DNA of 64,000 bases from Bdellovibrionota bacterium (GTDB lineage Bacteria; Bdellovibrionota_C; UBA2361; CALJRW01). Location of the stretch: contig JBGSMD010000016.1 in the NCBI GenBank assembly GCA_041740355.1, positions 64,001 through 128,000 of the forward strand. Reading direction: 5' to 3'. This document shows, one piece after another, positions 59,290 through 64,000 of the stretch (within the stretch, counting starts at the first letter, position 1; each line of letters begins with the position of its first letter). A program made the translations under genes and the position numbers. The notes beneath the pieces were generated by a model. The model was not told the DNA's origin. It saw nothing but the letters and a program-made list of their open reading frames with translations, and ran no database searches.

Positions 59290-60771
59290 TTAGGCTGCTC
59301 TTAATTTTAAAATTAATTTTTTCATATATTCAGCATCAATACAAAGAAAACCAGGAATTTCACGAGGAGGATTTCCCATACCTAAAACTATTTCTTGCTC
59401 TGCTAATTTACTAAATACTTGATCCAGCATTTGCTTAACAGGCCTTCCTGATAAATCTTTAAGCGCAATAATTTTAGGATCTTCTAGCAATCTATTAAAA
59501 TCAATGGCGACGCTAGACTCAGAAAAAACCTGCCGATATCGATTAAATTCATTTTGAATTATCCGAACAACATCAGAACCATTCAAATAATTAAATTCTA
59601 ATTCACTCATTTGACCGACACGATTCCGAATGCTTCCGTCAATACGATCTGGGTTATTTGAATTTAAAATTACAATGATTCCTTTTTTTTGGTTTAGTTC
59701 AATCTTAAACTGGTTAGTAATTCCAGATTGATGTCCGGAAGTATTAGCATCCCCAAGAATCGTATCTGCTTCATCCACGAATAGTACGGCAACACCATTA
59801 ACTTCAACCGCCTTTCTTAATCTGACAAATAGTTCTTTAACATTTTTTTCATCTTCCCCCCACCACTTGGCACGAATTGAATTTGGTGAAATAGATTCTA
59901 CAAAGAGGGTTTCTTTTGGTCGATAAGACTTAAGCATATTCTGAAGTTCATTAACAAAACCCTCAACTGCAAAATTTTTCCCAACCCCACTTGGTCCTGT
60001 AAAAATATAACCTTCAGGTACAGTAAGTAGTGATTTAATGATTGGTAATTTGTAACGAAGACCTTCTGGCATTTCTTCAATTTCAAGGAGTGGTTTAAAT
60101 ATTCGTTCAACTCTTTTTAGGCCTGTTTTTAGTTTAGTGATAACGTGCTCTTGTCCTACAAGCTCGGAAAGCTTTGGTGCAGGTAATTCCAAAGTTAATT
60201 CGCTTTCTGGCAAAGTTGCTGCAGACAAATTCTGATTACATCGAAAGATCTCTGGTTTCAGAAACTCAGCCTCGGGATATAGTACCCTAGAAATTGCTGC
60301 AAATTCTTTAGAAAGTATTTGGAATAAATCTATTAAAACTTGCGGCTCAATAATTGCAGATTTCAAATCAGGAATAGGATATCGAATTGCTAAGCGCGCA
60401 TTAACTTTTCCAGCAAGATGATCAAGAGTAAATTCTCGTGGCTTTGATTCGTACAAATCTCGAGCAAAGCTGTATGAAGTTGATTTTTTCTTAGGATCTT
60501 CAGTTAACTGAAACGTTAATTTACAATCAAACTTTCTAAAAAGTTCTGTCAATTGTATTGAGATTTTTTCTAATCCTACTAAATCTTTCTTAAAAGAGTA
60601 TTGGAGGACCGCATTAATAGCATTTGAAGAAACTAGCGCCGCTACGTTAACTATGACACCATTAGTATTAACTAATGAAATTTTTTTCTTTGATGCTAGT
60701 ACAGCACTGATGGATCCTAATTCACTAGAATCAATCTGTAAAATCTGATGCTCTCTATCGGGAGTTAACAT
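59290..60771 (-). CDS. AAA+ ATPase with uncharacterised N-terminal half
   Basis: LVGQEHV, GPSGVGKN (Walker A), LFVDEAD (Walker B), NSNNPDRIDGSIRNR (SRH). Confidence 0.82.
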   Translation of the reverse strand: MLTPDREHQILQIDSSELGSISAVLASKKKISLVNTNGVIVNVAALVSSNAINAVLQYSFKKDLVGLEKISIQLTELFRKFDCKLTFQLTEDPKKKSTSYSFARDLYESKPREFTLDHLAGKVNARLAIRYPIPDLKSAIIEPQVLIDLFQILSKEFAAISRVLYPEAEFLKPEIFRCNQNLSAATLPESELTLELPAPKLSELVGQEHVITKLKTGLKRVERIFKPLLEIEEMPEGLRYKLPIIKSLLTVPEGYIFTGPSGVGKNFAVEGFVNELQNMLKSYRPKETLFVESISPNSIRAKWWGEDEKNVKELFVRLRKAVEVNGVAVLFVDEADTILGDANTSGHQSGITNQFKIELNQKKGIIVILNSNNPDRIDGSIRNRVGQMSELEFNYLNGSDVVRIIQNEFNRYRQVFSESSVAIDFNRLLEDPKIIALKDLSGRPVKQMLDQVFSKLAEQEIVLGMGNPPREIPGFLCIDAEYMKKLILKLRAA

Positions 60772-61287
60772 TACCTAAAACATACATCTTAAAATCTTAT
60801 GAATAATACCAAAGCCTTGCTCCTTAAGGAAACTAATTTTATGTAGGGTTTCAAATAAAATTTTACTGATAGCACCAATCTAGATCTTCGATATTTTTCA
60901 GATTTTCAAAGCTAGCTAACAATCTGATAATATTAAATAATTTAATTATTAACCGTAGGAGATTTATTACCCCCGGACGGATTAAAACTTACAACTTGTA
61001 ATAAGTAATAAGATAAAAACTAATTAAAATTAATTTTTCTTTATTGATATTCAAATGCTAAGAGCCCAATCCCACAATCGTAAATCCTAATGAATAATTA
61101 GTTATATAACACTATATATCTCCAGATTATCAACTCATTTTCAAACATAACTCCTAATTCTTATTATAACTTAATTCACTTAGAGGAACCTCATGTCACT
61201 AAGTAGCTAGTTTAATAGCTCATTTAACAAATAAATTTATTTTTATAAAAATGCTTATATTTAAGACTAATAATGTAGTATGCATTT

Positions 61288-62094
61288 ATGAATGACATAT
61301 TAAAATCTTCGGATCAACACCTATTAAGTAAACCTCTCTACCTTCTTAAGAACAAACAAAAATATATACCAGCCTTAAATAAAAATGTAGAAAAACTAAC
61401 TGCTTATCAATTTTTGAGTTCTCTTCGAGAATTTTCGGCAATCCCCTCACAAGAACTCCAAACACTCGCTGACTCTTGTCGCTTTGCAACATATACAGCT
61501 AATCAATTTATAAGATCAGAATGTGACGAAGAAAGTCTTTATGGATTTATTGTTGTCTCTGGTCGATTAGCACTATTTAAAAATTCCAATAGTGGCAAGG
61601 AATTGATTGTTGATATTTTACAAGTAGGTGATATTTTTGGACTACTATTAATGCTTGCGGCTGAAAGATTGCCGGAACAACTTTCAGTGCGCTCATTTCA
61701 GAAAGCAAAGTTATTGTTAGTTCCGCTCAAATGCTTTACTCGTCTGATCGAAGCTCATCCAATCCTCTTTAAGGAGTTTGTTGCTCACCTTTTAATTTCT
61801 TTACAATCTTCTTACAATTTATCCAGGGGACTAGCTCATGACAAAGTTAATGTTAGAATTGCCACAGTATTATTTAGCATGTCACTGAAAATTGCCAATT
61901 TAGGAATACCTAATAATTTATTATCATTTAATTTGACCAGAAAACAACTTGCAAACTTAACTGGAGCTACAACTGAAACTGCGATTAGAGTTACAAGAAT
62001 GATGCAAAATGATGGGCTAATAGATATTAGTTGCCCAGGAGTAATTAAGGTTGTAAATCCTCAAGCACTTTTGAAAATTGTTGAAGATTTATAA
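61288..62094 (+). CDS. Crp/Fnr family transcriptional regulator
   Basis: VVSGRL..SGKELIV..GDIFG cNMP domain; LTRKQLANLTGATTETAIR HTH. Confidence 0.92.
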   Translation: MNDILKSSDQHLLSKPLYLLKNKQKYIPALNKNVEKLTAYQFLSSLREFSAIPSQELQTLADSCRFATYTANQFIRSECDEESLYGFIVVSGRLALFKNSNSGKELIVDILQVGDIFGLLLMLAAERLPEQLSVRSFQKAKLLLVPLKCFTRLIEAHPILFKEFVAHLLISLQSSYNLSRGLAHDKVNVRIATVLFSMSLKIANLGIPNNLLSFNLTRKQLANLTGATTETAIRVTRMMQNDGLIDISCPGVIKVVNPQALLKIVEDL

Positions 62095-62261
62095 TTCTTT
62101 TAACATTAAAAATTCTAACAGTATGTATTAAAAGTTCTATTGGAGTTAGCTTGTAGTTATTTTATCCCAGCAGAGTTTTAATAAAATCCTATTTATTAAA
62201 ATAAAACTGTTGAATTGTTTTATTAATACCTAATTAGTATTTTAGGGAAAATCCCTTCTAA

Positions 62262-62396
62262 ACCTATTCCAGTTGGACCAGACGGCCTGGCAAATTGAAT
62301 CCTTGTCCGCCGTAGCTTCAGCGAAGGTGGAATCTACAGCAAAAGAGTAAGCGCAGATAAATACGTTTTACAAGCCGTCTGTATTACTAAATAGGT
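62262..62396. repeat. Palindromic element with a nested REP-like hairpin
   Basis: ACCTATT..CAGACGGC / GCCGTCTG..AATAGGT arms enclosing TCCGCCGTAGCTTCAGCGAAGGTGGA. Confidence 0.55.
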
Positions 62397-62409
62397 AACT
62401 GTTCTGTGA

Positions 62410-62643
62410 CTATCTGCGACGGTCTTCTTCGCGACCAATTAGGCCTCCACCAACAGCGCCAGCAGCACCACCGATCACAGTTCCTCCAACCCCTGGGGAT
62501 ATTACATTACCAACCACAGCCCCAGTTCCACCACCAATTACGGCACCTTTTTCTTTGTTATTTAACTTTCTCCAAGTTGTACAGCCTGAGACCATTGCAA
62601 GAATTGTCAGACAGCATATAAATACAATAATTTTTCTTTTCAT
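62410..62643 (-). CDS. Glycine-zipper lipoprotein (OsmB-like)
   Basis: Lipobox VSGC, GAVIGGGTGAVVG..GTVIGGAAGAVGGGLIG. Confidence 0.85.
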   Translation of the reverse strand: MKRKIIVFICCLTILAMVSGCTTWRKLNNKEKGAVIGGGTGAVVGNVISPGVGGTVIGGAAGAVGGGLIGREEDRRR

Positions 62644-62906
62644 AATAAATACCCTTAATATTAGATAAGTAAAAAATTCTACTTAATGCTAAGGTTTGAC
62701 AGTATGATCTGGATCAGGCAAATAATGTCAGCGCTAGAATGGATAACGATTCCCCTATGTTGCATCTTTCGTTAAAGTTATGTCGGGCAAGTCGTCGAGA
62801 TAAAAAACTTCATAATATCAGAATAAATTTTTTACAAATACCGTCTGGGCCACTTCTTGATCGGTTTTAAAATATAAAGATTCTGACTGGTATAAAATTT
62901 ATTATT

Positions 62907-63052
62907 TATAGTATTATAAAACTATGACAAAAAGTAATTTCCGATATTAAAATGTTATTTTTGTTATAAAATATGATTATATTACCCTTCCATGGGGATA
63001 TTAGCCCCCAACAATTAATTTCCTAAGAAAATTACTTGTTGAACTTACTATT
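62907..63052 (-). mobile_element. TATAG-family element, degenerate full-length copy, reverse orientation
   Basis: TATAGT[10-nt insert]TATGACAAAAAGTAATTTCC..GGGGATATTAGCCCCCAACAATTAATTT-cctaaga-AAATTACTTGTTGAACTTACTAT. Confidence 0.75.
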
Positions 63053-63086
63053 AGTCAATTTTAACTCTAATAATAATAAAGTATTT

Positions 63087-63689
63087 ATGAATAAAGTACT
63101 CCTTGGATTAATAATCCTTATATTAACTTCTTGTTCTTCCAAAGACGCAAATCTTCTAACCGATCACAATCCCCCAAAAGGCTTTAAAAAAATTGCCGGT
63201 GATGTTTACTTACAATCAGAGACTCCAGAGGTCTTAAAAAACTATACAGCATTCCATATCAATCCCATTATAATTTATAGTAACGATAAGGGCAGACTTG
63301 TTGTTCCGACTCAAATTGAAGTCGATCGTTTAGCTAAATTGTTTCGTGACAAATTAATTCGAGAGTTGGGTTCTAGCTATACTGGATTTGACCACCCGGC
63401 ACCTCATGTCGCAATTATTGATATTAAGATAGTTGACCTTTGGACCTCACGCGCAATTGAAGCACTGCGGCCCGGATTAATTTTCCCGAATAATCTAAGT
63501 GGTGGTGCCACTATTGAAGCAACTTTTTTTGATTCTAAAAGTCGTGAAATAATTGCGACAGTCTGGGATTCTCGTCCCGGCGATAGGACTGGATTCTTTA
63601 GTGGTCTTACTAAATGGAAATCAACAGAAGCCGCCTTTGATGAATGGACCCAGCTATTAAAAAAGAGCATTAAGCCAAGCCATTACTAA
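63087..63689 (+). CDS. DUF3313-like lipoprotein
   Basis: ATG at 63087, lipobox LTSC, GGATIEATFFDSKSRE, AAFDEWTQLL. Confidence 0.75.
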   Translation: MNKVLLGLIILILTSCSSKDANLLTDHNPPKGFKKIAGDVYLQSETPEVLKNYTAFHINPIIIYSNDKGRLVVPTQIEVDRLAKLFRDKLIRELGSSYTGFDHPAPHVAIIDIKIVDLWTSRAIEALRPGLIFPNNLSGGATIEATFFDSKSREIIATVWDSRPGDRTGFFSGLTKWKSTEAAFDEWTQLLKKSIKPSHY

Positions 63690-63757
63690 TAAAATCATAT
63701 TTCAAATAGGTCTTGCTATCAGTGAATGATTCAATCATCGTAAATATGAAAGCGAGA

Positions 63758-64000
63758 CTAAAAAATATCTATGACATTATTTACTGCCTGCTTCGCTAAG
63801 AATAAATTTGAATTATATAAAAATACATTTCCAGTTAATGTTTTGCCATCCGAAGAAGCTTCAAAAACTAAGTGCTAACCAGCAAAAAGATCCGAAGTTA
63901 AAATAGTTTCAAAGGAAAGTGCACCTGCTTCTGTAATAACTAATTTAACAGCTCCTGCTATTGGATCATCTCTCTCAAGGATCACTGAAAAAGTTGTTTT
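63758..64000 (-). CDS. 3' end of a gene entering from the right edge; stops at 63875, or is interrupted there by an in-frame TAG
   Basis: KTTFSVILERDDPIAGAVKLVITEAGALSFETILTSDLFAG*HLVFEASSDGKTLTGNVFLYNSNLFLAKQAVNNVIDIF*. Confidence 0.45.

Noticed and set aside
62406-62621. Gln/His-rich 71-aa ORF on the plus strand
   Set aside because: Antisense shadow of the glycine-zipper lipoprotein codons.
5811-63052. TATAG repeats as a CRISPR array or integron attC sites
   Set aside because: They are dispersed singly, not tandem with unique spacers; no cas or intI gene is present; ends lack the RYYYAAC/GTTRRRY core; they flank housekeeping genes in both orientations.
63036-63086. N-terminal extension of the DUF3313-like ORF
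   Set aside because: The TTG lies in the repeat end; the ATG at 63087 gives a proper lipoprotein signal.
3421-63670. Numerous 60-105 aa ORFs nested in or antisense to long genes (e.g. 3421, 4433, 8225, 9160, 15323, 20476, 27445, 37230, 44198, 47598, 58512, 63404)
   Set aside because: They overlap well-supported genes and lack motifs; treated as shadow ORFs.
63875-63877. Genome-wide TAG recoding
   Set aside because: TAG ends conserved genes at their expected C-termini here (folK, serA, tetR, GT2), so the standard code applies.

Overview
AT-rich bacterial chromosomal segment. It probably comes from a Gram-negative, deltaproteobacteria/Bdellovibrionota-like lineage (inference from the csrA-fliW order, gspK, ihfA and hemF). 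About 58 CDS are supported. Housekeeping genes: ileS, valS, rpmB, hemF, serA/serC/psd, fabD-folK-folP-pabB-pabC, trhO, sod, surE, radC, cysD/cysN and csp. Envelope and secretion genes: gspK, a prepilin, an OmpA-like lipoprotein, an M16 protease pair and a Calx-beta protein. The right-hand third (about 40-61 kb) looks accessory and holds atypical enzymes and orphans. I saw no rRNA, tRNA, CRISPR array, transposase or prophage. The strongest non-gene signal is a dispersed, mostly intergenic family of about 11 TATAG...CTATA-bounded elements. Full-length copies are 145-148 bp and are built from four copies of one ~24-bp unit forming two hairpins, with compensatory base changes and deletion/expansion variants. 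Three or four unrelated palindromic elements are also present. The most intriguing protein-level items are a four-gene operon (PRTase-like orphan, BtpA, PfkB kinase, HAD phosphatase) lying between a sulfotransferase and cysDN, a tandem nucleoside-deoxyribosyltransferase-like protein, a permuted DHH-like protein, and a secreted protein with a duplicated cysteine module. All family calls are by motif recognition, not database search.
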